DNA of 64,000 nucleotides from a virus (taxonomy: Duplodnaviria; Caudoviricetes), in IMG/VR virus record IMGVR_UViG_3300005544_000001, positions 1 through 64,000 of that record. One strand, given 5' to 3'. Below, piece by piece: positions 8,651-16,423 of the stretch (its first letter is position 1; each line of letters begins with the position of its first letter). The translations under genes and the position numbers were made by a program. The notes below the pieces were generated by a model. The model was given only the letters and a program-made list of their open reading frames with translations, had not been told where the DNA came from and did not search any database.

Positions 8651-10144
8651 ATGCCACGCCAATTTGCTGATGATAAGCCGAAGAAACCCACTGCGGACGA
8701 CAAGGCCAAAGTCGAACCGAAGGTCGAAACACCCGCAGAGAAGCCGGTCGAAAAGGCCGAGGAGAAGAAGGCCACGCCGACCGCCGAGGAACTCGCGGCG
8801 CGCGCAGAGGAGATCTCGGCGTCGATGTTCCCAGTGCCTGGCAAAAAGAAGCCGGAAACGAAACCGCCCGTCGCTGACGAAAAGCCCAACGAACCCGAGG
8901 TTACAAAGGAAACGACCGAGAAACCACCGGAGGCGAAACCTGAGCCCGAGAAAAAGCCAGCGGCCAAGAAACCGCTCCCGCCACCAATCTCCGAAGCCGT
9001 AAAACCTGAGTCGCTTCAGGCTCCTGCAGCGCAACCGGAAGTCAAACCTCCGGTTACGACCGATCTCAACGAGGACGACGAGGAAACGCTTGCCGCCCTG
9101 GCCCGCATGGAGCGCGACGGCAAAGCCCCCCGCGGAATTGTTGATCGCACGAAACGCTTCTGGGCCGATGAAGCCGATTACATCGCCGCATGGGAAAAGG
9201 CCAACCCTGGCGCAGTTTTCGATCTCAACGATGAAACCCATGCCGAGTTCTACGATAAGAACGAGCCCCGGTACGACGAGCAGGAATTCAAGCGCGCGGC
9301 CAAACTGAACCTGAAGGAACAGAGCAAACGCGAGATCAAGGAGGAACTCAAAAAGGAGACCGAAGCCGAGACGTACGAGCGCGAGATGCGCGAGCACGTC
9401 CCCAAGAACGCCGCAGCAGTCAGCACCGCCCTCACAGAGATGGTTGCCGATGCCGGCTTCAAGGATTTGCTCAAAGACGGCAAACTCACGAAGGAAGTCG
9501 AAGCGGAGATCGACAAGGCCAGCCCTCACGCGCGCGCGATCCTGCATGAAGAAGCCCAGTTGCTCGCCGCGCAGATTTCCGAGGTCGACAAGCTCGAGCG
9601 CTTCGCCGGGAAGTACCAAATGGATCCGAATTTTTCCGTGAAGGTCGCCAGCGGTGCCTACGTGCAACCGCACCGGATGCTCGCCGATTTCGTTCAAAAC
9701 CTGGAACGCGAGATCGCCGCGCTGCCACCGGAGGAGACCGCCCGCGACGGGAAACGCTTCGTCACCCAGGAGGAATTCATGCGCGAAGTCGACAAGATCA
9801 GGGCGTCGCCCGCGCCGCCCGCGGCCAAGTCGAAAGCGTTCGATGCGCTCTCCGCCGGCTACTACACGATCGGCTGGGAAGACATACGCGTGGCCCTCAT
9901 TTCCCAGCACTCGACGCGCGCACGGGCCAAAATCGACACTTTTGGCGGAATCAAAAAGTCAGATCCAGTGTCTCAACCGGCAAAAACAAGTGCCGCAGCG
10001 ACACCAGCGGCCACGCCCGAAACCAGAGCCGCTTTCAGGCCTCCGTCGGTCTCTTCGGCGTCCGATAACACGGACACGACAAAAAAGGCGCCGCATCAAA
10101 GCGGAAAAACTGCCGACGACGTTGCCAGAAGCATGTGGGGCTAA
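8651..10144 (+). CDS. Capsid scaffolding protein, putative
   Basis: Long K/E/P-rich disordered N-terminus, acidic helical core, directly before the capsid gene. Confidence 0.65.
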   Translation: MPRQFADDKPKKPTADDKAKVEPKVETPAEKPVEKAEEKKATPTAEELAARAEEISASMFPVPGKKKPETKPPVADEKPNEPEVTKETTEKPPEAKPEPEKKPAAKKPLPPPISEAVKPESLQAPAAQPEVKPPVTTDLNEDDEETLAALARMERDGKAPRGIVDRTKRFWADEADYIAAWEKANPGAVFDLNDETHAEFYDKNEPRYDEQEFKRAAKLNLKEQSKREIKEELKKETEAETYEREMREHVPKNAAAVSTALTEMVADAGFKDLLKDGKLTKEVEAEIDKASPHARAILHEEAQLLAAQISEVDKLERFAGKYQMDPNFSVKVASGAYVQPHRMLADFVQNLEREIAALPPEETARDGKRFVTQEEFMREVDKIRASPAPPAAKSKAFDALSAGYYTIGWEDIRVALISQHSTRARAKIDTFGGIKKSDPVSQPAKTSAAATPAATPETRAAFRPPSVSSASDNTDTTKKAPHQSGKTADDVARSMWG

Positions 10145-10198
10145 GAGAGTTGTTGCGAAAGCGCGAGGCAATTACGCCCGCCATTTCGCACAACTCTT

Positions 10199-12082
10199 AT
10201 GGCCTTGCCTGACAACGTAGTCATCTCGGAGCGGTTCACAAAGCAGTGTTCCCCGGTCATCTCGACCAATTACGACACCTGCGGAACCGTCACCCGCGCA
10301 ACCGTCGCGCATCTCACCCCGGCCGACCTGGACGCCATCTTCTCCCCGGGCGGTCTGTTCGCCGATCTCGACGCATGGTTCAAGCACTCCATCGAAATGA
10401 AGGCGTGCGGCGTACGCATCAACACGATGTACGACTGGATCATGGCCAACGCCGATCGCACCGAGTATCGCAACGCCGTGTCCGGCACCAAGGGCGTCAA
10501 AACCGAATCTCTCCTGCACCCGTTCATCCTCGGGTCACAGGAAACCGTCCTCAACCCGTCGTACTGGAAGGTTGTCGCTGGCGCCGCCGGCACGACCATT
10601 GAAGCCTCTGCCGGCATTCCGACCACCCTGGCCACCCAGTCTGGCGCCGGTACCACGACGTTCCTGAAACAAGGAGCTGTCGCTGGGGGAACGAATCCGG
10701 ACTCGCAGACTACCGAGGACGGATCCACGGTCATCGCCTACAACACGACTGGCGTGCGCTGGATCCGGCTCACGAACCGTTTCGGCATCCCGGCCGACCC
10801 GGGCCTGTTCCTCCCGCGTAACACCATCCATCTGTTCACGCGCAGCGCGGCCGGTGTATCGCAGCACGGCCAATGGCGCATCCTCAACTCCGTCGCCGGC
10901 ACAACGGCCGACGGCAACGCCGCGATCGACGTCGCCATTTACAACGAGAACGGCGGCAGCGCCGAAGCCTACGACACCACGCCCAGCTCGACGCTCGGCG
11001 GCGTCGTCGTGCCAGGCGTCAACAACGTCGATGACTACGAGAAATGGTGCCACAACCGCACCACGCTCGACCCGCGCAAGCGCGTGCTGTTCTGGGTGCA
11101 AACGTTCCGTAACTCGCGCTGCGTCGATTCCGAGTATCAGGCCGTGTTCAAAAAGCTCCTGATGACGAACCCGGCCTTCAAGGAATTCGGTGACCTCGAT
11201 CTGGCCGAGCGCAATCGCCAGGACGAAGCCGCTGCCCAACGTGAGTTCGTCAACTCGTTCTTCTTCAACAAGCCGATCTCCGCCAACCAGACGCAGGCGC
11301 TCTGGCAGAACCTCGAGCCCATTTATTCCACGGAGGCCTCCGGGCTCACACTCGGCCTGGGCGGCAAGCTCATGGGCCGGCGCGCGAACTTCGTCGGCGT
11401 CAAGGAACAGCTCAGGGAGTGCGGTCGCGTGTTCGACCTCCAGAACCAGGCGCTGCGCATCGAGGAATGGCTGGACCTCAACTACAACATCAAACGCGCC
11501 CGCGAGACCGGCATGAACGGCAAGAAGGTCACGGACATCGACTGGTGGACCAATTCCCAGTTCCGCGCCCTGTTCCAACAGGCGTATGTCGAATACGCTG
11601 CGGCCAAGTGGGGTGCGCAGGCGCGCTGGGATTTCGAGTACAACAAGGTCAGCGAGGCTGGCATTCTGTTCGATTCCTACACGTTCCAGTATCCGTCTGG
11701 AATCCGGATCAACCTCTTGTCGAACGATTTCTTCGACGATTTCCTCGACCAGTTCTATGACCAGTCCATGACCAGCCGCGGCAATCTGATGCTCGCCCTG
11801 GACATCGGCAAGCCTGGCCCCAACGGCGGCACGATCTTTTACTCGCAGATCGCCGCCAACCGCATGACGACCCAGACCGCCACGATCGAACAAGCCGCGC
11901 GCCTGGACTCGACGCTGCGCTGCGTCATGAAAATGCCGTCGCTCGAACAGACGCTCATGTCTGAGAGCGGCACAGTCGTTGTGAGCTGTCCGTTACATTC
12001 TGCATGGATCGAAGGAATTTCTCTGGCGAAACCCACCGCAACGGGCAAATCCGCTGCGCCCACCTACACGGATCTCTACTGA
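10199..12082 (+). CDS. Major capsid protein, putative (627 aa)
   Basis: Strongly biased codon usage, follows the scaffold, and is followed by an intrinsic terminator. No motif-level proof. Confidence 0.7.
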   Translation: MALPDNVVISERFTKQCSPVISTNYDTCGTVTRATVAHLTPADLDAIFSPGGLFADLDAWFKHSIEMKACGVRINTMYDWIMANADRTEYRNAVSGTKGVKTESLLHPFILGSQETVLNPSYWKVVAGAAGTTIEASAGIPTTLATQSGAGTTTFLKQGAVAGGTNPDSQTTEDGSTVIAYNTTGVRWIRLTNRFGIPADPGLFLPRNTIHLFTRSAAGVSQHGQWRILNSVAGTTADGNAAIDVAIYNENGGSAEAYDTTPSSTLGGVVVPGVNNVDDYEKWCHNRTTLDPRKRVLFWVQTFRNSRCVDSEYQAVFKKLLMTNPAFKEFGDLDLAERNRQDEAAAQREFVNSFFFNKPISANQTQALWQNLEPIYSTEASGLTLGLGGKLMGRRANFVGVKEQLRECGRVFDLQNQALRIEEWLDLNYNIKRARETGMNGKKVTDIDWWTNSQFRALFQQAYVEYAAAKWGAQARWDFEYNKVSEAGILFDSYTFQYPSGIRINLLSNDFFDDFLDQFYDQSMTSRGNLMLALDIGKPGPNGGTIFYSQIAANRMTTQTATIEQAARLDSTLRCVMKMPSLEQTLMSESGTVVVSCPLHSAWIEGISLAKPTATGKSAAPTYTDLY

Positions 12083-12100
12083 TCCCGAACGACATTTCAC

Positions 12101-12133
12101 AGCCCGCTGGCGAACCCGGCGGGCTTTTTGTTT
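12101..12133 (+). terminator. Rho-independent terminator after the capsid gene
   Basis: AGCCCGCTGG-CGAAC-CCGGCGGGCT followed by TTTTGTTT. Confidence 0.85.
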
Positions 12134-12134
12134 G

Positions 12135-12167
12135 CCGCTTGACAATTCGATCAGTGATCCGCAGCGT
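12135..12167 (+). promoter_or_regulatory. Sigma70-like promoter for the C5 MTase
   Basis: CCGCTTGACA at 12135-12144, 17 nt spacer, CAGCGT, then GTG start 8 nt later. Confidence 0.65.
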
Positions 12168-12175
12168 CGGCTCGC

Positions 12176-13126
12176 GTGAATTACTACAATGAGAATGATC
12201 CCAAGGCTGCTGCGTGGCTTCGGGAATTGATTCGCGCCGGGGAGATTTCAATGGGGGAAGTGGACGAGCGCAGTATAGTCGAAGTCAAAACTCATGAACT
12301 CAAAGGATATGCCCAATGCCATTGGTTTGCCGGAATTGGCGGTTGGTCTCTTGCCCTTCGACTTGCCAGATGGCCCGACGACAAGCCCGTCTGGACAGCC
12401 TCGCTCCCATGCCAACCATTCAGCACAGCCGGGGATCAGCGAGCGGAAGCGGACGAGCGCCACCTCTGGCCAGTGTTCGCCGAGCTTGTTCGGCACGGGC
12501 AGCCTTCAATCGCGTTTGGAGAGCAGGTTGCGAGCAAACTTGGACGTGAATGGCTCGCTGGAGTTCGAGATGATTTGGAAGGAATGGGGTATGAAGTCGG
12601 GGCTTCCGATCTGTGCGCTGCGAGCGTCGGAGCGCCGCACAGACGACAACGGCTCTACTGGGTGGCCCACTCCATCCGCGATCGACTCAGTTCGCGGGGT
12701 GGAGTCCAAGGAGGCGCGAAAGGCACGGGGATCACACACGGGCACGACGTTGAACGATGCGGCAGCAATGGCTCCCTGGCCGACGTGCAGCGCGCGGGAT
12801 TACAAGAGCGGGGAGAGTATCAAGGAATTGACAAACTCCAGGCCGTTGAGCGAAACGGTTCTGCTGGCAGCGTGGCACACTCCGCATTGTCCTCGAAAGA
12901 ACGACTCACAATTCAGCGCAAGCAGTTATCTGGATCGGCAGCTTGGAACGCGTTCGACGTCATCCACTGCCTCGACGGAAAAGCGCGGCGCGTTGAATCC
13001 GGAACATTCCCGCTGGCTCATGGGGTACCCGGCCGCGTGGGGCTCCTGCGGGGATACGGGAATAGCATCGTGCCGCAAATCGCGGAAGTCTTCATCCGTT
13101 CCTGTATCGAAGCCATAGGCATCTGA
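12176..13126 (+). CDS. DNA (cytosine-5) methyltransferase, main polypeptide
   Basis: Motif I FAGIGG, catalytic PCQPFS, motif VI EQV, motif VIII PHRRQRLY, motif X LRGYGNSIVPQIA. Confidence 0.92.
   Translation: MNYYNENDPKAAAWLRELIRAGEISMGEVDERSIVEVKTHELKGYAQCHWFAGIGGWSLALRLARWPDDKPVWTASLPCQPFSTAGDQRAEADERHLWPVFAELVRHGQPSIAFGEQVASKLGREWLAGVRDDLEGMGYEVGASDLCAASVGAPHRRQRLYWVAHSIRDRLSSRGGVQGGAKGTGITHGHDVERCGSNGSLADVQRAGLQERGEYQGIDKLQAVERNGSAGSVAHSALSSKERLTIQRKQLSGSAAWNAFDVIHCLDGKARRVESGTFPLAHGVPGRVGLLRGYGNSIVPQIAEVFIRSCIEAIGI
12294..13118 (+). CDS. Alternative-frame partner polypeptide of the C5 MTase (start uncertain)
   Basis: 274 aa open alternative frame with repeated WPTP/WPTC/WHTP units and C-terminal LNPEHSRWLMGYPAAW, a motif IX-like segment missing from the main frame. 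Confidence 0.7.
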   Translation: MNSKDMPNAIGLPELAVGLLPFDLPDGPTTSPSGQPRSHANHSAQPGISERKRTSATSGQCSPSLFGTGSLQSRLESRLRANLDVNGSLEFEMIWKEWGMKSGLPICALRASERRTDDNGSTGWPTPSAIDSVRGVESKEARKARGSHTGTTLNDAAAMAPWPTCSARDYKSGESIKELTNSRPLSETVLLAAWHTPHCPRKNDSQFSASSYLDRQLGTRSTSSTASTEKRGALNPEHSRWLMGYPAAWGSCGDTGIASCRKSRKSSSVPVSKP

Positions 13127-13169
13127 ATCCGCCTTGCGTTCCCTCGTCTGTCGCGGTTACGGTGCGGCC

Positions 13170-13571
13170 ATGATTCAGTATTTCAAGAAGTACTCGCCAC
13201 AGCAGGCAATCATCTTCTCCGACGGCAGCGGTTTCAGGGGGTTCCAGCTTGTCAATAACGAGATCGGGATCCTAGCTACCGAGGACCCGCGCATCATCCG
13301 TGAGATTGAGGCGTGCATCGCCGGCCAGCGCGGCGGGGCGGAGAAGATCACGGGCGAGGAGTTTCTCGAACTACAGAGTCAAAAAAAAAGCAATTTACAA
13401 GCGCCCTGGAGAGAGGAGTGGCAGCCTCGCAAGCTTCCGCCCACAGCGTCAGGCGGCTCCCTAAACCCGCGGGCTGCTGTGGCCGCTGAACCGGCGCCGG
13501 CGCCGCGGGCCGTGCCGCCGGCGGATGCGGAGAAAAGTTTCAAGCCGAAGACGAGCAAAAGCAAATCGTGA
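13170..13571 (+). CDS. Hypothetical protein (head-module accessory)
   Basis: Starts MIQYFKKYSPQ. ATG chosen downstream of a TTGCGT...TACGGT promoter-like element. Confidence 0.6.
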   Translation: MIQYFKKYSPQQAIIFSDGSGFRGFQLVNNEIGILATEDPRIIREIEACIAGQRGGAEKITGEEFLELQSQKKSNLQAPWREEWQPRKLPPTASGGSLNPRAAVAAEPAPAPRAVPPADAEKSFKPKTSKSKS

Positions 13572-14311
13572 AATCCACGAAAAAGAAATACGCCAACGAA
13601 TCTCCCGAGGCTAGGGCGCATAGGTTCGCCAGGATGAAGGAGTATCGCGCAAAAAACCTTGAGAGATTGAGGCAGCATGATCGCCTTTATTATCGGAGAG
13701 TCCGCAGGGCGGACCCTGAAATCATCAAGCGGGATAACGAGAGGGGTAGAAAATACTATTACGCCCACAAGGAAGAGGTGCACGCTAGAACAAAGCGCTG
13801 GCAATCTAAAAATCGAGACAAAACCAATGCCTACACCCAGAAATGGGTGCGAAATAACAGGGAACGCCATAGAGCCACGAAGAATAAGCGCGAGCGACTG
13901 AAGCGATTGAACGATCCGCTTTACAGATTCATTTGCAGGATGCGGATTTCAGTGCATAAAAGGCTGGCTGATTTCAAACTCAGGAAGCGCAACAAATCTT
14001 CCGAATTGCACGGCTGCGACACGAAGACTTTGGTGGCATTCGTTGAGTCTCAGTTCGAGCCCGGAATGAGTTGGAAGAATAGGGGCAAGGCGTGGCATTT
14101 GGATCATGTCGTACCGCTGAAACTTTTCAATTTGGAGAATAAGGACGAACTGCTTGCTGCTTTTCACTTCAGCAACCTGCGTCCGACTTGGACGCTGGAC
14201 AATCTGCGCAAAGGCTCCAGCATCCGCGCAGAGGTAATAAGAAGTCAGTTAACGCTGATTTCGCACAGTGGGTTGAAATCAAAAGCGGAGGAGCTTTTGG
14301 CGCAATGTTAA
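13568..14311 (+). CDS. HNH-type homing endonuclease
   Basis: Basic repetitive N-terminus followed by WHLDHVVPL...FHFSNLRPTWTLDNLRKG. Confidence 0.8.
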   Translation: MKSTKKKYANESPEARAHRFARMKEYRAKNLERLRQHDRLYYRRVRRADPEIIKRDNERGRKYYYAHKEEVHARTKRWQSKNRDKTNAYTQKWVRNNRERHRATKNKRERLKRLNDPLYRFICRMRISVHKRLADFKLRKRNKSSELHGCDTKTLVAFVESQFEPGMSWKNRGKAWHLDHVVPLKLFNLENKDELLAAFHFSNLRPTWTLDNLRKGSSIRAEVIRSQLTLISHSGLKSKAEELLAQC

Positions 14312-15915
14312 GTTACGCCCAATTCAGGACTCAAATTAGGCAAGAACTTTATCCTTTTCCGGGTGAGCCTAAGAGTCTTCGGCCAGCGCACGACAAGGCG
14401 TTTCTCGAGGCGATGATCGCGCTTCAGCGTTGGGTGCCAGAGTTGCGCGTCAACCATACGTCGGTATTTCCCGCGTGTTCGACGTACGTGCAGTGCGCGC
14501 TGTCGGTCGTCGAGGCACCGGTCGGTGAGATCAAGAAGGTTTACACGATCGCGGGCGGAGAGTGGTGCGACAAGGTTTACTATTCTTCGCGCGCGCACAT
14601 GGAGGTGCTCAAATGGCAGCGCTGCCTGCTGACGCGGTTCACGTCCCCAGAGAACGCCGGAATGCCCGCGCTCCAGCAGGGATTCAGATTTTCGGAAGCT
14701 TCCACGGATTCCCCCGCGGGACGCGCGCGTGCGGGCATCTGGTCGATCAACCGCAAGCGGTTCCACCTGGCGCCTTGGCTTCAAAGCAATGAATCGCTGG
14801 TGATAGAGTGGGACGGCGAAAAGAAGGAATGGCTCGACGACGATGTTCTGGACCAGAACTACTTCGACGCCGAAGCGGCGGCCGTCGTGAAGCTTTACGT
14901 GCAGAAGTCGCACGAGCGGGATTTCGGGTGCGACATGGCCAAGATACGGATGCTGGAGCAGGACTACGGGCAGAAGCTCGGCGAACTCATGCACGGCTGG
15001 CGGGAGAAGACGCGCAACCAGGAGAACACGGACGCCGAGGAATTGAACGTGTGCTCGCCGACGAGTGCGGATCTCGCGGACGATGCACCTATGGTTCCCA
15101 CTGATCAGACGATTGTCGCCTACATAGCGGACATTGACGGCGGCGCCGCCACTGTCGAAGTGGCGAACTTGGTGAAGTCGTGGGGCCCGGCTTATATCGT
15201 GAGCGGCGGCGACAATTGGTACGGCAGCGCGATTACGAAGGAAGCTTTGGACGCCTCAGTCGGTCCCAGTTACGGAGATTACATTTTCCCCTACTTGGGC
15301 ACGCTGGCCACCGGGGCAGAACGGACGAACGCATTCTTTCCGGCTGTAGGTGATCATGACCGGGATCCCGTCGGCCGGCTGCCGGTGTTCCTGAACTATT
15401 TCAACCTGCACAAGCCGTATTACGATTTCGTCCAGGGGCACGTTCACTGGTTCATCGTGGACAACGGGCTGAACCAGGCTGACGTGCTCGTCCAGGCGGA
15501 CGGGAACACGTCCACCAGCGTGCAGGGCGAGGCGTTCAGGCTGAAAATGGCTCTTTCGACGGCGCGCTGGAAGATTGTCGTCATTGGGGCGCCACCCCAT
15601 TCTTCCATCAAGGAGAGCAACACGGCATACGCTGCGCTGCGCTGGCCCTACAAGGCGTGGGGCGCGGATTTGGTGCTGACCGGCGACGATCACCTTTACG
15701 AGCGCCTACTGGCACCCGAGGGCTATCCGCTCATCGTAGCCGGCTGGAGCGGCCGGGCGCTGGTAGCCAGCGGTTCACCGATCCCCTACAGCCTCGTGCA
15801 GTATGACGCGGATTTCGGGGCGCTGAAGATCACCGTGTCGTGCGACGAGTTCAAGGTCGAGGCGATCAACCGGGTTGGGGTGCTCATCGACACGCTTTTG
15901 TTGACTAAACCATGA
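14305..15915 (+). CDS. Putative head-tail adaptor fused to a calcineurin-like metallophosphoesterase domain
   Basis: Start MLSYAQFRTQIR at 14305. The C-terminal half has IADIDG, GGDNWY, VGDHD, TGDDH in purple-acid-phosphatase motif order. The adaptor role is positional. Confidence 0.7.
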   Translation: MLSYAQFRTQIRQELYPFPGEPKSLRPAHDKAFLEAMIALQRWVPELRVNHTSVFPACSTYVQCALSVVEAPVGEIKKVYTIAGGEWCDKVYYSSRAHMEVLKWQRCLLTRFTSPENAGMPALQQGFRFSEASTDSPAGRARAGIWSINRKRFHLAPWLQSNESLVIEWDGEKKEWLDDDVLDQNYFDAEAAAVVKLYVQKSHERDFGCDMAKIRMLEQDYGQKLGELMHGWREKTRNQENTDAEELNVCSPTSADLADDAPMVPTDQTIVAYIADIDGGAATVEVANLVKSWGPAYIVSGGDNWYGSAITKEALDASVGPSYGDYIFPYLGTLATGAERTNAFFPAVGDHDRDPVGRLPVFLNYFNLHKPYYDFVQGHVHWFIVDNGLNQADVLVQADGNTSTSVQGEAFRLKMALSTARWKIVVIGAPPHSSIKESNTAYAALRWPYKAWGADLVLTGDDHLYERLLAPEGYPLIVAGWSGRALVASGSPIPYSLVQYDADFGALKITVSCDEFKVEAINRVGVLIDTLLLTKP

Positions 15916-16151
15916 TCGACATCCCCAAATTTGAGGACGACGGCACCGGTTACCCGAAGGTAAAACCTTGCTGGATTCCTTCGCAGATCCCGCACACGAT
16001 CAAGGCGACGCTTGTTTGTCCGAACGGGCACCACGGCAGCATCGTTTCGCATGAAATCGCCGCCGACGGAACCGTTACTCCATCCTGCGTCTGCCCGCGT
16101 GAGGGCTGCACTTTTCACGAGCACGTTCGATTTCTGGATTGGAAGCCATGA
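15912..16151 (+). CDS. Small Cys/His-rich putative Zn-binding protein
   Basis: CPNGHH...VTPSCVCPREGCTFHEHV. Confidence 0.6.
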   Translation: MIDIPKFEDDGTGYPKVKPCWIPSQIPHTIKATLVCPNGHHGSIVSHEIAADGTVTPSCVCPREGCTFHEHVRFLDWKP

Positions 16152-16423
16152 AACGCCGTTCATTTTTCAGCCGGATTGCAGGGTTCGTCGCCGCTGTGGC
16201 GATTGCGCCAGAAATTGCGTTTCGGTCGAAGTTGCCACTTCCGGGTGCGGCGCATTTGCAGTTGGAATCCGTCCAAGTGGCATTTTGGACACAGGACGCT
16301 CGCTATTCGAGATGCGTGGATCCTGAATACGAGAAACTTCTCCGTAATCTGGAGAGCCGACCAACATCAGCCCTTAACGTGCCGAACATGTTCGATTTCC
16401 TGAAAGAGCACACCAAGGCATGA
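16148..16423 (+). CDS. Small protein with a twin-arginine-like N-terminus
   Basis: MKRRSFFSRIAGFVAAVAIAP. ATGA overlaps at both ends. Confidence 0.6.
   Translation: MKRRSFFSRIAGFVAAVAIAPEIAFRSKLPLPGAAHLQLESVQVAFWTQDARYSRCVDPEYEKLLRNLESRPTSALNVPNMFDFLKEHTKA

Noticed and set aside
5868-11893. Long minus-strand ORFs opposite portal, scaffold and capsid (e.g. 8585-9910, 10535-11893)
   Set aside because: Antisense shadows of GC-rich, strongly codon-biased genes, with no recognisable motifs.
13380-13390. Run of nine A residues as a possible slippage or phase-variation site
   Set aside because: It simply encodes Gln-Lys-Lys-Ser in an intact ORF, and I found no useful shifted product.
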